Below are positions 12,876 to 27,800 of a stretch of 64,000 nucleotides of DNA, in pieces. How positions within the stretch are numbered: position 1 is the first letter of the stretch; each line of letters opens with the position of its first letter. The position numbers were made by a program, and so were the translations under genes. The notes under the pieces are model-generated. The model was not told the DNA's origin. It saw only the letters and a program-made list of their open reading frames with translations, and did not search any database. The stretch covers positions 409,782 to 473,781 of the forward strand of contig NMRA01000354.1 in assembly GCA_002633005.1 (NCBI GenBank), given 5' to 3'. This DNA comes from Phoronis australis. Its lineage: Eukaryota > Animalia > Phoronida.

Positions 12876-15800
12876 CTGCAAAAATAATTAATCCTTAACA
12901 ACCCAAGTTTATTATCACGTTTTAAAGATAGAGTCAATCATGGGCATAATGATCACTAGTGAATTTATTACACGAAAGTAAGGTTTCCGATATTGCCTAG
13001 AGGTGGTGCTGGTGCACTAAAAGAATTATGTATTTTACTATTTGACTTATTTGATTTGATATTGGATTTTCCATGAGATTTTGGTTAAAATTGCTTCCAA
13101 TGATCTAAAGAGTGAAATGGATAATTTGGAGATTTTAAAAGTTGCATTTAGAGTCAAAATTGAAATGAAACCTGCTACAGTTATTTCAGTACTGTAAAAG
13201 CAAAATGTATTGAGTATCCTATCAGTGAGAAGGATTGCATGAAATCTAAACACTGCGGGACATGCTGGTTCATTCTCATATCTTAAAGGTTCAGGCAAGC
13301 ACAGTGAGTTCAGGTCGACATTGTGTAAGAGATAAATTGTCAAAACGACATGTCTTTGTCCACACACGCATGTTAAAAACCTTGAAAAATAACTAAAACC
13401 AACAGAAATTTATGACAAAGTAAACATTTCGCTTCAACTTTCTTAATTTCATCACAGTAACATGAAAGACGAGACAGCAATAGTCACATACAATTGTCCC
13501 GAATTTTGAGAGCAAGTTAGTTGCTCGTTATTCAATGGAGAAAACTGGTTCTCAGAACGTGGAACTCCTGTGACGATTACCGAAAAAACGACTCACTAAC
13601 CCATACCTTGGGTTTTTCTTCCTTTTTCTCATCTGGTGAGGCCACAGTGAACACAAAATTACGAGAATTTTTGGCTTTATTCAAATTGAGACTGGTTTTG
13701 GTGACCTCGCTAATCTTAGCCAGCGCCTCTTTTGACCGTGTCAAGAAGGATCCTTTTCTCGATTGCTGCAAGTTAAAGGAAAACAAATTCATATATTATG
13801 TATTGAATTTGAGTACAGATTGACTTACAGTTGAGAAAATGTCAAACCAGTATTCACACCTGGTTTTGGAAAGAAAAAAAGATGAAACACATTCTATATG
13901 CTGGATTTTATAAATCTTTATCACAGATAACTTTGACATCAGCCTTTGATGAGAGTTGTGTTAAGAGTTAAAAATATCCACAATAACAAATACATTCATT
14001 GCAAAATACTACGTTTTGCTTTCTGGGCTATAAAACATGAGCAGGTTCTGGTTAAGTTTCTGACAAGCCTCGGAACATGCAATAAGACAAAACTGTCGCA
14101 AAATGACCAATTATGCAAAATTTTACATCTTCGTGTACTGGACGTTGGTGTTNTACAACTCTAGTAGTCGCATCATTTGGTTTGCTTATTGAGAAGAATT
14201 TTGATAGGACAGTAACGTCACTTATTTTGCTATTGATTTCAAAGAATTTCACCTAGTACACAAAGGATACCAAAGCATATCTTTCTTGGCTAAAAAACCC
14301 AAATAACAAAAATTTTAAGAAAATTGTAATGGGTGATAAGTCAATAAATTTATGTTCGACATATGTACCAAATGATATGAAATACATGCGTCACAAACTT
14401 GTTACCAGAGATGGAAAGGAGACCAAGGTTGGCGAAATAAGCCATAAGCACAACAAAATACAAAATTAATACATAGGGATGAAAATAAAATACAATATGT
14501 AAAAAAGTTATCTCTGGTAAATTGGACAATAAAAAAATATTGAAGTAAGCTCATGCCCATCCACAGGGACATACAGGAACAGTATGGGAGGAAATTGATG
14601 AAAGTAGAGAGCTATTTACAGAATGCTGATTAAGACAAAATTTCAGCCTTTGCATTGAACACATTGATGAAAGGCATTTACCAACATCACTGAAGTTATT
14701 TTTATTCACTTATTCTGCTTTGTGTAACTAAAATTAAATACTAAGCATTGGCAAATAAAGAAATATTTAAGTCAAACTTACAGATAACGAGAACACAGTT
14801 TTGTGAGTTGGCGTGCCGTTTGTGTTCTCTGACCTATTTTCCTTCAAAGATTTATCTCTCTGCGACGACTTTGTTTGGAAGACTTTGGAGCCCAGCTTGA
14901 TAATTTGACTGTCTTCTTCCAACGCCCCTTTTTCCTATAAATGCAAATGAATTATTTGTACTGGGTTTTATCAAACTAGAGTATTTTTTAGTTCCAAATT
15001 TTAAATTGCAGGTGGGCAAATAAACATTTGTTTATAAGCAGATTATTTAGCCAATCCATCTCAACTGAAATTATTTCCGTACAACAGATTTGAAAATACA
15101 GGTAGTATAGTGCAAATCTGCAATATATCCGTTAAAAATACAATCGTATTAGTGAGGAAAATCCCATTTTCGCCTGATGGTGCGAGGAACAAGATTTAGA
15201 GAATGCCTGTGTTTCTATCCAAAAGCCTTTGACTATTTTCTCAGCCAAAAGTAACAAAAGCAAAACAAAGCAGTGAAATATGCCCACAGTAGCGCTTCTA
15301 TGGGTGTTTTAGTATCCCAAAAATGGCCATTAGATGGCGCAGAATGCGTCAAACCCTTCCCAGTTGAGAAGGCAGTGCCGTCACTTTAATACACACTATT
15401 TGACAAATTTCATGAAAATAAGCCATGGAACTCCTGAGATTTAGAGGCAAAAGTAAAAACAATTGACTCTAGGAGGCACAGTTACAGTCTGGTCTGAAAC
15501 TCGTCATCATCTGTTGCCATGTTTATAGGAGCCTCTCTGCCAAATTCCGCTAAGGGTTAAGGGGATACAGCCGTAGACGCAAAACTGCCCCTAGGGGCAC
15601 CAGAATAGTAGAAAACGTCAGAAAATCAATGTCAGCCTGGGTCATCACATAAGGAACACAACCATCAATTTTCACAATGATCCTACGAGTGGTTTGGCAG
15701 ATGGAGAGGGAGACGTCAAAAGCATACCCAAAACTTTTCAAATGGTTTCCAGGTGGTACGGAAAACATCAAATTTTCAAACTGATCCTTTTAAGCGATAT

Positions 15801-18800
15801 GGCAGATAGGGAGGCGGATGCCAGAAAACGGACGCAAAAATAACAAAAATGGCTAGCAGGTGACACAGGAAACGTCAAATCTGTCCGAAAATGGGAAGGC
15901 ATTGTCATCATAATAAAAACCTATATGACGAATTTCTTAAAATATGTCATTGAATTTTTTACGCAAAATTGTATCACATTCATTACACCATATATTAAAT
16001 GTCAATTGTCATATAGTGTTTGATTTTACTTTATTTCTGTTTCTGTTGACAAAGGACGTTATTGCATCCGAAAATTTCAGTTGACCCATTCTTGTTGTTT
16101 TATTTACCTATTTATATTCTACATTTCGTGAAACAATAGTATCCTTGGGAGGATCTGGATCGCCTTATTTAGTTTCAGATTTATTTTCTACGTTATGAAA
16201 ATACATAAATGAACTCCAAAGATACGTAAAAAAATTTGCAACTAGGGGACACAGTGGAATTTGGATCAATTCGACACTCATTACTGGTTGTCGTCTGCTC
16301 CATAGGAATACATCTTTCAAATTTCACACATCTCCTTCAATAGTTTAAGGAGATTCGGCTGCAGACGCAAAAAATACAAAATTGCCACTAGGGGGCGACA
16401 CAGTAGTCGGACTTGTATGAAAGTGAATGTCTGTTGTGACCTTCTCATAAGCAACACATCTGTAAATTTTCATAATGATCCTTTGAGTGGTATGGCAAAA
16501 GATCGAGAGGCGGATGCCAGAAAACGGACACAAAAATAACAAAAATGGCCACAAGGCATTGCCGCTTCCTTATTAAAAACCTATTTGCCGAATATCATGA
16601 AAATGCATCAAGGAATTCCGAAGATACAAACTGAGGCTAGCGTAAAAAACTAACACTGCCAGTAGGGGGCACAACAGTATTCCGATCTGTCCAACACTCG
16701 TCATTTTTGTCGTCAGCAGCATAGGAACACACCTGCCAAAACTAAATAAGATCCTGCAAAGAGTTTAGGAGACACAGCTCCGGACGAGGACGACAATATA
16801 ACTTCACATAAGCCTGCCTTGGGTAACAACTCGTAGAACACTAGCGCCTCCTATTGGCCTCACCTGTGCTTCTGCCAGCCACTGCTCCCGCGCCAGTCTC
16901 TCCACTCGCCAGCTTGTCTCTTCTTCAGGTTCCTCCACTACCTCGTCATCTGACGTGTTCTTGAATAAGTCACTGGACATGTCTTCATCTGAAGAATACA
17001 TAATAGAGAATTATCCATAGACGTCTTCCTCAGAAGAAGGCGTTATGAAGAGCAATATGTCTTCATCAGGAGGATAGGTTGTGAAGAATTATCTATAGAC
17101 CATGTCTTCATCAGAAGATAAAAATGTGAAGAATTATCTATGAAACATGTCTTTATCTGAAGAACTACCTCGGGATCACATCCTCATTATTAGAACAGAA
17201 CATTAGTCACGACTTCTGGTGGTGATAAATTTAAAAATAAAAGTGATGCAATGTCAGCACGTAATTCCAAAACTTCCACTTTTTCTGAAAAAAATCAAGC
17301 TGACTTGAAATTTAAAACAAAGGTATAAAACACCCATGACTGTATGGCAGTGATTCCAGGTAACATTCGCGAGCTGGTTGAAAAACAAATTTACTTTCAG
17401 TCCAATTGTGCGCGTTGCTATACCTATGTTTGCCCAGCGGAACTTCCTTGTTCTTTTGTTGTCAGAATGGAGGTCGCCATCTGCCAGGAACATTTCTTGC
17501 ATCAGTCTTATTTCACGCTTGTCCTCATCAAACGCCTGCTTCCTGATAATTCATGACAAGAAGGAATCAGCATTGCAGTCAGTTAGCCAACCCTTAAATA
17601 GGGTTGGAAGTGCACACAGTGAAAGCGTACGATCAAGTGCTATACACATCACACTCAAATTACACATCAAATATTATTCTGCACACTTCGAAATTGTGAT
17701 CACGTGAACACATTTATCTTAAGAAATAATACAGCGAATATAACTGCTCGGAAGTCAAGCCCTTCGAGAGAACTTATTCATTCGAAGATTTGATTTTTTA
17801 TTTTTCGCTTGTCACTGCGCCAACTGAATTTTTCAACCTACCACTGAACTCATGGACTGAAGCATTCACTGGGCTCATTGGATGGCATTCGGGTCACTAC
17901 ACGACATCATTAGGTCAAAAACTGAGTTCACAAGATGGCAGATAATTTGATTTGCTGTTGTTAGAGGAAGGTAAAAAGAGGCAAAATATAGCCGGAAGAT
18001 CGTTTGCGGTTTTCTAAACGTGTCAATAGAAAGCGAATTTGTTAGTACTAACACACTTAACAAAAATTTTCCTCCCATTCTTTTGGTTTATATCCATTTC
18101 ACCAAATGGTGAAAAGCCCTATGGTGGAACTTCAGCTCTGTTTAAGAGCTGAGTATTAGCTACATCAGGTCTTCTACAACTATTCTGGATCACAAATCAT
18201 ATAAATTTTTAACCTGGAAAAACAGTGCACTTTAAGGTTAGTTTTTGTTGAAACGTAATTACTGGTTCATTTCCTATACACCACCTATTAACGAACAATT
18301 GTGACTTTGAGGTTTGAAGCCTGCATTGACGACAAAAGCTGTGGCTGCTAGATTACAGCTGTGTCCAGCAGGTGGCATGCAAGACATTAGACAACACTTC
18401 TAGTTACATCAATGATCGCATTCTTGATACAGACGTGATTTCTTAAATAGAAGAGAAGCCTAGTTTCAAGAAAATTGAAGCGAACAACAAATGTCCAGCT
18501 TTGTCATGCCCCTGAATTACTTTCAATGCAGTAGCTTTAAAACATACAAAAGTTTCTCATTGAAAATCAACAAAATTTTGGACGTAAATCTTTGACCAAA
18601 TCTGTTAACTTTGCCATGAAGAGACATAAGTAATACCGCATTATTTCCACACCGTCCGGCGTTGTTGAATCAGCTGGAAATAAAAAGCCCCATCTGAGCA
18701 TGCAGGTATGCTATTATTTCAAGAATCTTGAACTGTGCATTTTTAGATCACCATGTGACTCTCAACTTACAGATGAGCCTTCTCCACCTGAGCTCTCAGG

Positions 18801-21800
18801 TTTTCTTCTGTACCCACATCATCAAAGTCACCCTCCTCCACTTCAAGGTCATCTGCCAGGTCATCAAGGTCGTCATGTTCATCACTGTCTACTTCACTGC
18901 CGGACAGTTCGGCCTCGTTCTCAAAGAACTCTGTGCGAATTTTACTGCAATGAATGAAAATGTGTTTAATATTCTATAATAACCATCATTTCATCGAACT
19001 GCCGTTTTCATTTTCCACGTAACTTTTTAGTTACTTTTTCCCAACAAATGAACTTGTCAGCTAGTATTATGTGAAAAACTTGTGAAAGTACATGGATAAA
19101 GTGACAAAAATTCTTCAGCTTGGGAGACACTATGGTGGAAGTTGAAATTTCAATTTGTCAAGTTTCTCAACAAAAGTAACTTTTCAGGAAAATTTAACTT
19201 GCTTCTAGAATGGTTTGTATGTCGTAGCTACCACTGGTACATTTTTGAGTATTTGCAACACTGTGGTAAGCCTCTAAAAACTAAAAATTTCCGCAATTAT
19301 TTTTGTCCCAAATTGAAGAATTTTTGGATCGGACTAATGTGAATTTTACTGAAGTTCAATATACTAGCAAATTGTAATGAAGTAAAACACAAGAAAAGCT
19401 ATGCAAATTGAACCTTCGTTTAACTTAGACAAAGTTACGATCAGAGTTTGCTTTATTTAGTCTGGTGCAACCTCTTGGTATCGCTGGATCCAAACTACGA
19501 GAGATTTCCATTTACACGAGTCACAATTATGCTTGAAAGCACCCATAAGCCCTGATAACGCACTTTTATGGATTCTTACCCAGCCTTCGTCACTCCACGC
19601 ACAACCTGCTCATCTTCATCGTCACTGCCCAGTTCCTCATCATCACCGTCATCATCAACATCATCATCATTATTCATTTCAGCTTCAGATTCAACCTCAC
19701 TGTCAGACAAGTTCTACAATAATGTACAGACACTGAAACATCCCAGCTCTATTCATAATCCCCTAACAATGCTTGTGGATAATGACCATAGAGTGATAGT
19801 ACATATGCTGGTAACAAGAACTGTACACCTAATTGTTTGACATGTTGTGTTTTAACTATTTTAAATTCGAGGGGATGTTCGCAGAGAAAATGTTTGCATT
19901 TTGTGAATTAAGGTTAATATGTCGCACATTATCGGAAATCTTGTGCATTAAGTCCAATATACACAAAACTATAGATTTCAACTCGGTAATAATGTACATT
20001 TTCTAAAAGTATAAAGCTTATAGAATTCGATTTTTGATTTGATACCAGTCTGCTAGTAAATGGTTCACGTGAACGTGTCTTTTTCGTAAAATTAAGCAAA
20101 AAAGATAAGTGAATTTACAAAACCATGACATCAATAACAATATTAAATTTCATTAGATATAAACATTCAAGATGAAATCTCAGAAATGCTGATGCAGCTT
20201 CTGGAATTATCATTTTGTCTTCAGTTTATGCAACTTTTGATTTTTAATGTTAAGAAACATAAAGTCCTATTTCTGCAAAAGTGGAACATTTTACAAAAAA
20301 TTTTCAATAGTTTTGGAGAACAGTGCATAAGGTATAGTATCTATCTGAAAGCTTCATATGAATCCGAGAGGTATTTCTGAGATGATTTGAAGTTGGACAA
20401 ATTTGGACGTTTTTCTAAGGTAATACATAACCTTAGAACAGAGTGATTTCTGAGCTGCGGCCATGCTCAACTCATAAAACGACTTGTCAGGTCAAGCCAA
20501 CTTAGTGGACCTTTTCTCCAGCTATAACACTCAGTTCTTCACAAGCCTAGAACTCATTTCTAAATTCAGTACGGACCAACTGAAAACTGGTGATAATAAA
20601 GCAAGTGGCCTAAATCTAAACTTAGTCTTTTTACGTGCAAAGTAGCTTCAAAGGCAGGTGCTACCGACAATGAAAGCAGTCACCGGTTTGCACTTTTTCT
20701 GCGAAACCTCTCTCACTTCCACAATATGTTCACAAAATTGTAGTTACAAGGCATGGAATGATCAATGGAAATTTTGCAGGTGACGTATTGTTCCACAAAT
20801 AAATAGGATTGCGTGATAGAAAAAAATTTTGTGTTGTAAAATTTAACTGAAATAAACGTATTTTGCATGAATAAAGTCAAAATAATGATACAAAGAGCAA
20901 AAAAAAAGAAGTAAACTGGAAATCAAAAAAGGGGAAATCAAAACCAAAAAAGAGAAAATTCAATGGTAAGGTATGACTTGACTTATACAAATCTATGAGC
21001 CACTAACCCGCGTGAAGCAAACCCACGGATGACTGAACTTAGTACCTTTTCGTCATCAGATTTTTCTCCACCCTCTAGCATTTCAAAGGACTCGTTGCTA
21101 TTCTCATCATCACTTAAATTTCTTTTCTTCAGTTTATTTCCTGAGCGGCTTTCATCGCCTTGCTTTGAGTCTGCTTGGGTTCTACAAAAGAATATTTACA
21201 GTAAACTTTTTTACAGAATAACATACCATAACACCAAAATTTTAGGAAATGAGCTTACACTTGGAATGGGCATATCAAAGTGAAAAATTTTGAAAATTCA
21301 GAGGTTGAAATATAGTTGAAAGTGGACGATGAAACGACCAAATATTGGAAAATAAAAGCCTTGGTGACTGGGTAACAACAAAAGACCAAAAGACTTGAGG
21401 CATGTTCCAAGAAACTGACTAAAGTTTATTTTTGACTTATCTTTAAGATCTGACTTAACATCCAAACTTTGAAACTTCCACATTCCGTAGGTTAGTCAAA
21501 ATTGAGACAGAATTGATGTCAAACATTTAAGTCAAACTTAAGACCTCTTTCTTTATTGGTTTTGAGACAAATTTAACTTTTATTTTAAAATGTGAAGCTG
21601 CATTTCGGAAATCAATATTCTCAATCTTATCCAGGAATTGTGTATTACAAACTATTCTGGATACTCACTTACTACATTGAACTATTTGTTTTATTAAAAC
21701 CCAGCTTGCTCGTATATTTTATTTTAGTTAAATCCTAATAGTACAGTATGGTAAGGGAATCCCAGGGACCTTTGTCCTTGCTCATCTAAAATGGGAAAAA

Positions 21801-24800
21801 TCAAGAAAAGATTTTTATCCTCATTTTATACAAGTTCAGTACAAGTAGTTGAGAACTGTTAATGACGCAATCACTCACTTGTCTGAAAAGACTCCAGAAC
21901 ACAGTTCCAGAAGTTCGTTCATGTTCTCCTGGCTTGCCTCGTGCTCTTCTCCATCAACAAACAACTTCTTTACTGACTTCTTCTGTTGTTGAGTTTGTTG
22001 AGTACCTGCAAAGTGGAGCGTTTTATCAGACATTTGCTAATTATGAAACAGAGATGTTGTAACAGAGTGGAAATGTGTGGTTAAATTTACTTATTGGATT
22101 GAACAAACAAACTTTTCCCATTCAGCTCATGTCATTCGGGTGAAAATAAACAAGATTCAACAATGATGAATTTGTTAGCACTCAATACTACATTTTTAAA
22201 GCATTTGACTGACTTGTGATATGTGTGAAAACTGTCAGCTGTTCTCTTCGGTTAGATATGAATTTTTGTACTTAGCCACCATTCACAATTATTGCCAATA
22301 TCAGCAGTGTACAAAACTCAAGCTTTTCTGAACCTCCCTCCTCCAAAATTGTAAAGAAAATTTTTGTGGACATGTATTTATCGAAGTAAACTATTTGTAT
22401 GAATTAAATTTCAATGCTAGTTTTTGGTTGTGAGCTGATGCATTAAAATAAAGCAATTATTTCAGTGTCATCGGTATTTGCACGATGCAAAATTGTACAC
22501 CAGGGCGGGGTTGCATAAAACTTCTAAATTGTCCACAGGATAAATTTGATTGTTGCGTGATGTCAGTTTATTGTTCAACAATAACAACGCGACACGTGAT
22601 AATGTGACGTCATTGTTTCTACGCAGCGTACAACTTTTATGCAACTGGCTCCTGGGCACATCTCCACCCTTCCAGCACTGAAGTGTATATTTTTTATGCT
22701 CGTGGAAATGGACAATTGCGAACGTTCCATCAGAAGTCTTTAGCAATGCAAAGATATGGGTTGGAAATAACAGCCATTCCATACTATCACATACAATAAC
22801 TATAACTGTTCGACAATCGTGTTTACATGGTGCATGTCATGCTTATCCTGAAGATAAGTTAATGTGAGACTTTGTATACCCCAGATCCAATGTATAGTTA
22901 TCTCAAGTCACAAGAAAAGTGGTACACACCTCCTGTGAACTGTCCAGAGCAAAGTCCCAGCAACTCATTCTCATCAAATTCTTGAGAGGCATTATCATCC
23001 ATGCCGAGATCAATATGTCTTTTACTAGGCTTTTGTTTTTTATCAGAATCCGTTTTCAGGAACCTAAAAAAATCGCAAATTTTAAGGTGCACATTTTTTG
23101 CAGCAACACAAATGTGTTAACGAAATGGGTTATTTTCACATTTTCCACAAATAATATCCGAACCAATCAATGATACTACGGATGTATCAAAACATTCCAA
23201 GCAATTTAAGCAACAGATGTGAAGTTACAAAAATTCAAAGTAATGTCTCAACTAAGCAAATATAAGTGAACCAGATGATCTTATTAAAACGCATGTGCAC
23301 AAATGTTACAGTAGAAAACTAGGCTGCTTCATCCCACTAATCTCTAAAAATACATTAGGAAAGTAAAAAATGCCATGCTCAAATACAGTAGCTGAATTAG
23401 ATTCACTACACCGGTTCCCTTGGATCAACTGGCTAAGACCTTTGATTGGCTCTTGATGACAACTTTCGGTTTATAGACCGATCAAATGTTTTAGCCGGTT
23501 GATCTGGCAGAACCGCAGAAGTAAATCACGCGCAGCCAATAATACAAATAGATATCATTAGCGGTCCTGACTGACTAAGCATACCCATCTTCATCCAGTA
23601 TCTGAGACTGAGAGTCAGAATCAAACAGAGACAGGTGGAAGGTCTCTGTGTTGGGGGCACAGGTGTTCCTGAACTGGCTTGGACTGTTCAAGAGATCCTG
23701 GGAGTCTTCAATGGGTAGACAAAGCGTGGAATGACGGCTGTCCACCTTAGGATGGAAAAAACGTGGTCAACTTTCCTTCATTACATGTATATCTAATTGA
23801 CAAGTGAACAGAATACGAGGCTTAGAGAGACAGGTGAGGTTAGGGAGATATCCGGGATACCCTTGAAACACTCTGCTAACTTGATTTTAGCTGACTTCTT
23901 TAAGCGCCAGACTGCAAACTATAATATCTTTGGCTGGATTCTGGTTAGAAATTCGCAACTGATGGTAGAAATGTTTAATGTAAGCTACGAGGAATTTTGT
24001 GTTTTGATTGGATTGTAGGACTTGATAATTCTACAAGGAGTTGACAGCACCCCAGGAGACCTCACTACATTCTGTCAACAAAATTTTTGACATGATCACC
24101 AGCAGAAGGTCGTTAGCTTGTCGGGAATTTGTTATTCTATTCAGTTTTGGTTAATGCAGCATTGTACCTAAAAGCTAGTATGAAGGTCAGATTCACAAAC
24201 ACGATAAAAGCTTACAATCTCATGATTTACAATTCTGCATTCATTTAAGGTAGCATGTCCGTCAAAATAATGACAAAATTATTAGAATTCAAAATCTGAA
24301 CAAATGCACGCATTTTACAAGATTCCGTAAAAACTTTCAAATCAAAAAACCAACCTTAGGAATCTTTGGCTTTGCGAACTGACTGAACAACTCGGGAGAA
24401 TCTCTACCGGGCCTCAAATTACTGGGCTGGGGCTGATAGGGCGTTATTTCAAAACTTGAATCACCGTCACTATGCAGTCTAGTTGGACTTAGAAAATCTG
24501 CAAAAATGCAACAAATTATAACAAACACAAGCTTTGCAAAGTCTCAATTCAAGAACATAAATTCAAATTAATTTCACAGAGAAAAGTGGAAATGTGGAAT
24601 GAGTTACTGATGCCTAATCAAAGCATAAAACTTTCACAAATTTTTGCTGAAATACTTTTTTAATGTCATACCTTCACCAGATGACAAGCACTAAAATTGA
24701 AAGAGATCAGCTATTTTGTAAACCATGCTGAACCGGCTTTTTTTCTCAAAACAATCTAGTCATAAACCACTACGCATAACATTGCTATCACAGCCATCTG

Positions 24801-27800
24801 TTGGCAGACCTATAAACTATAGATATAACGTTTAACATTACCTGTATCATCAGCTTCTTTCTTCTGGCTAAATTGTCCAAATGGCCGTTCTGGAACTGAA
24901 ATTTAAACACAGTTGAATGTCAACTATGCTTCCTTCTATAGATAATCTTACAGACAGTAACTTGTCAAACAAAATGCTTTCAATAATAGGTACAAACTTT
25001 AGTACAAACAAGTTTAACTGGTAATCTCAATATCACGATTCTCATGTTTTACTCCACACGGTCACTGTAGTAATCAACATGGCCGAAACACTTCACTATT
25101 TTTCGTAAGTCAGTTTCAGTTGTTAGCTCAGAGTATAGGGTTTTCTTTCAAAAAAGACTAAATACTAAATCTCTCTATACTGCTAGTACTCACCCTTCTC
25201 AGAACTTTTCATCTGACTAGCTGGAAGGCAATCATCATCATTTTCATCATCATTGTCATCGTCGTCATCACCAAGGCGACCAGACACTTGCTGACTCTTT
25301 GTTTTGGCAGATTTCAAGAACTTGGCTCTCTTCTCTTGTCTCAGTTCCTCATCTTCAGCTGCAAATGAACAGGGCCAGAGGGATAAGTAATACTGGTCAA
25401 CTATGCACACATCACGTGCACATCACAAAGGATAATCGAAAGCACTAACAAGTTATAATGCCCATATATATAAATCTAAGTTAAAATGCCCATATATGTA
25501 AATCTAAGTTACAATGCCCATATAATTATGTAAATTTAAGATATTATGCCCATATAAATTATGTAAACCTAAGTTATAATGCCCATATATGTAAATCTAA
25601 GTTATAATGCCCATATATGTAAATCTTGGAACTGGAGAGGAAATATAGATCATAAACATTTTAAGACTGGTCTGCACGCCACCTGTTGGTCACATCACAT
25701 GACCTAATGAACATAAGCCCTAGCCGGGGACAGAAATCTTTTTCGACTTATGTTCATTCGGTCGCGTGATGTGGCCAATGAGAGGTGTGCAGGCCAGACT
25801 TAAAATGTTTGTGAATTGAAGGAGATATTTACAGTACATGCCAACAGCAAGTAGACAAAAATCCATCTCTGTTTCCCAGCCATGACAGATAATGACCTGT
25901 CATATTGACGTCTGCTTACATTCAGCCGTCATGACGGTCCAGGAATCTTACACATGCTAACCCTTCACGCAGTCCAGGACATTTTGTCTAATTATTTTTG
26001 GCATATACTGTAGTCACACCGTTTCCAGATGAGCAAAAGCTCGTAAAAATAACAAGTACAAGGTACCTAGTCTTCCTCCCTCTCAAACCACACAGTCATT
26101 TTTTCTCACAACAACTACTTAATGAAAAGAATTCTATTTGTAAGAAAAGAACAGTGGTGCATGGCAATGAAATATAACTCATGAGAAAATACATGCATGC
26201 ATGAGAACAGAACGTTGCCACCTGGTGGCAAAGACCAGTTCTTGCTATCACTTATTGCCCATTACAAACCTTCATCATCTCCATCATCGCCTTCTTCATC
26301 AAGATGAAGGTTGAAGCCTCCAGCAGAGTCCTCATCATCTTCACACTCTTCTTCAATGAATGGGTTGACCTAGACAAGTTCAAGCAGTGCTCCACTTTAG
26401 CATATATTGATTTACTGCCTTCTAGAGACTTAATCATGCATTAACAAAACGAAGCTCATGGGAGGTAAAATACTATGACACAAGGTAAATTTGATTAGAA
26501 AAACCAAGACCTCACTCCCTGAATTTGAGTGGCAAATAAATAAGCTGTAGTGTACAATTCAACAAACTGTTCAAAGTCAAAGGCATTGTTTTTTATTAAA
26601 AAAAAAACACGAAAGATTAAGAGGTTCTTCAGAAATTGTTTTGTTTTAATCAATAAATGCTGTACAGAAAGAGCTGATGTTCATATGAATACAGAAAAGC
26701 AGAAATAAATTTATAGTTTTTGAATGATATTACAAAACATTTAACCATCAAAATCCGGTTTAATACAAATGCAAAGCAAATTTGATATGAACTTCCGCCT
26801 CACAATGCATACAGCGTTCCTCACTGACATGAATACAGTTTTACTGTTGAACAGTGAGTTGCAGTGCAGACATAAAACAACTAAAAAGCATATTGAGGCA
26901 TGACAAATCGTTCATCACTTGTCTGACATCACTCAGAAGTGTGTTTGCGGTTCAACATTTCAAATACTAGGTCAATAATACATGGCATTTTTCTACCTCT
27001 GCATATAACGTACAATAATTTCAGGATGTAGGAATCGCACTTCTTTATGAAAGGTACGGTGCAAGAAGAAGTCATACACCTTCTTAAATTTGTGTATAAT
27101 TCATTCGACGTCAGTCTACCAGATAGAGCTGTTGCGTTACTCGCAGTATCTTTAATTCATTCTGATGGCCATTATTATTGCTCAAAAAGATTTTACTCTC
27201 ACAATAAAAAAAGTGTTTCAGTTGTTTAGTCCTCTTCAACCAACCTACTGACGCAAACTAAGAAAATCCTTGTTAGCGTCACTTGATAACTGACGGCTTT
27301 AAAGTATTACAAAACTGTAGATGGAGTAACATACACTAGTAACACACCCACCTCCTTATCTCCTTCAGCCTCCATTAGCGCGCCATCACCTTCCACACCC
27401 TCTTCCTCGTCCTCGTCATACTCAGCGTCAGTATCTGATTGGTCAGTCAGCTCAGCCTCTTCTTCATCTTCAAACCCTTCTTCATTGTCAAGGTCATAAG
27501 CTTCAACTCTCTTCTGTCTGGCTTCTTCCCGTTTCTTCCTCATCTTCTCTTGGAGAGCTGATTTAAGCTTAGACAGCTTTGCACCTGGTGTTACACGACA
27601 GGGGAGATTATTTCTCAGTTTGGTGCTATTTGATGTAAGGGCTGTTCCAGTAAAATCTGTATGGGAGGGGGGGGGAAGGCACCTTTTTTTCGCACCCACC
27701 ACCCATATTTTTCATTTGTTTCTTCAGCCTACCACCCGTAATTTTTTATAAGTTTGAAATGCAACCACCCGTAATTTTTTTTTGTTCTTGTGGTTGACTG

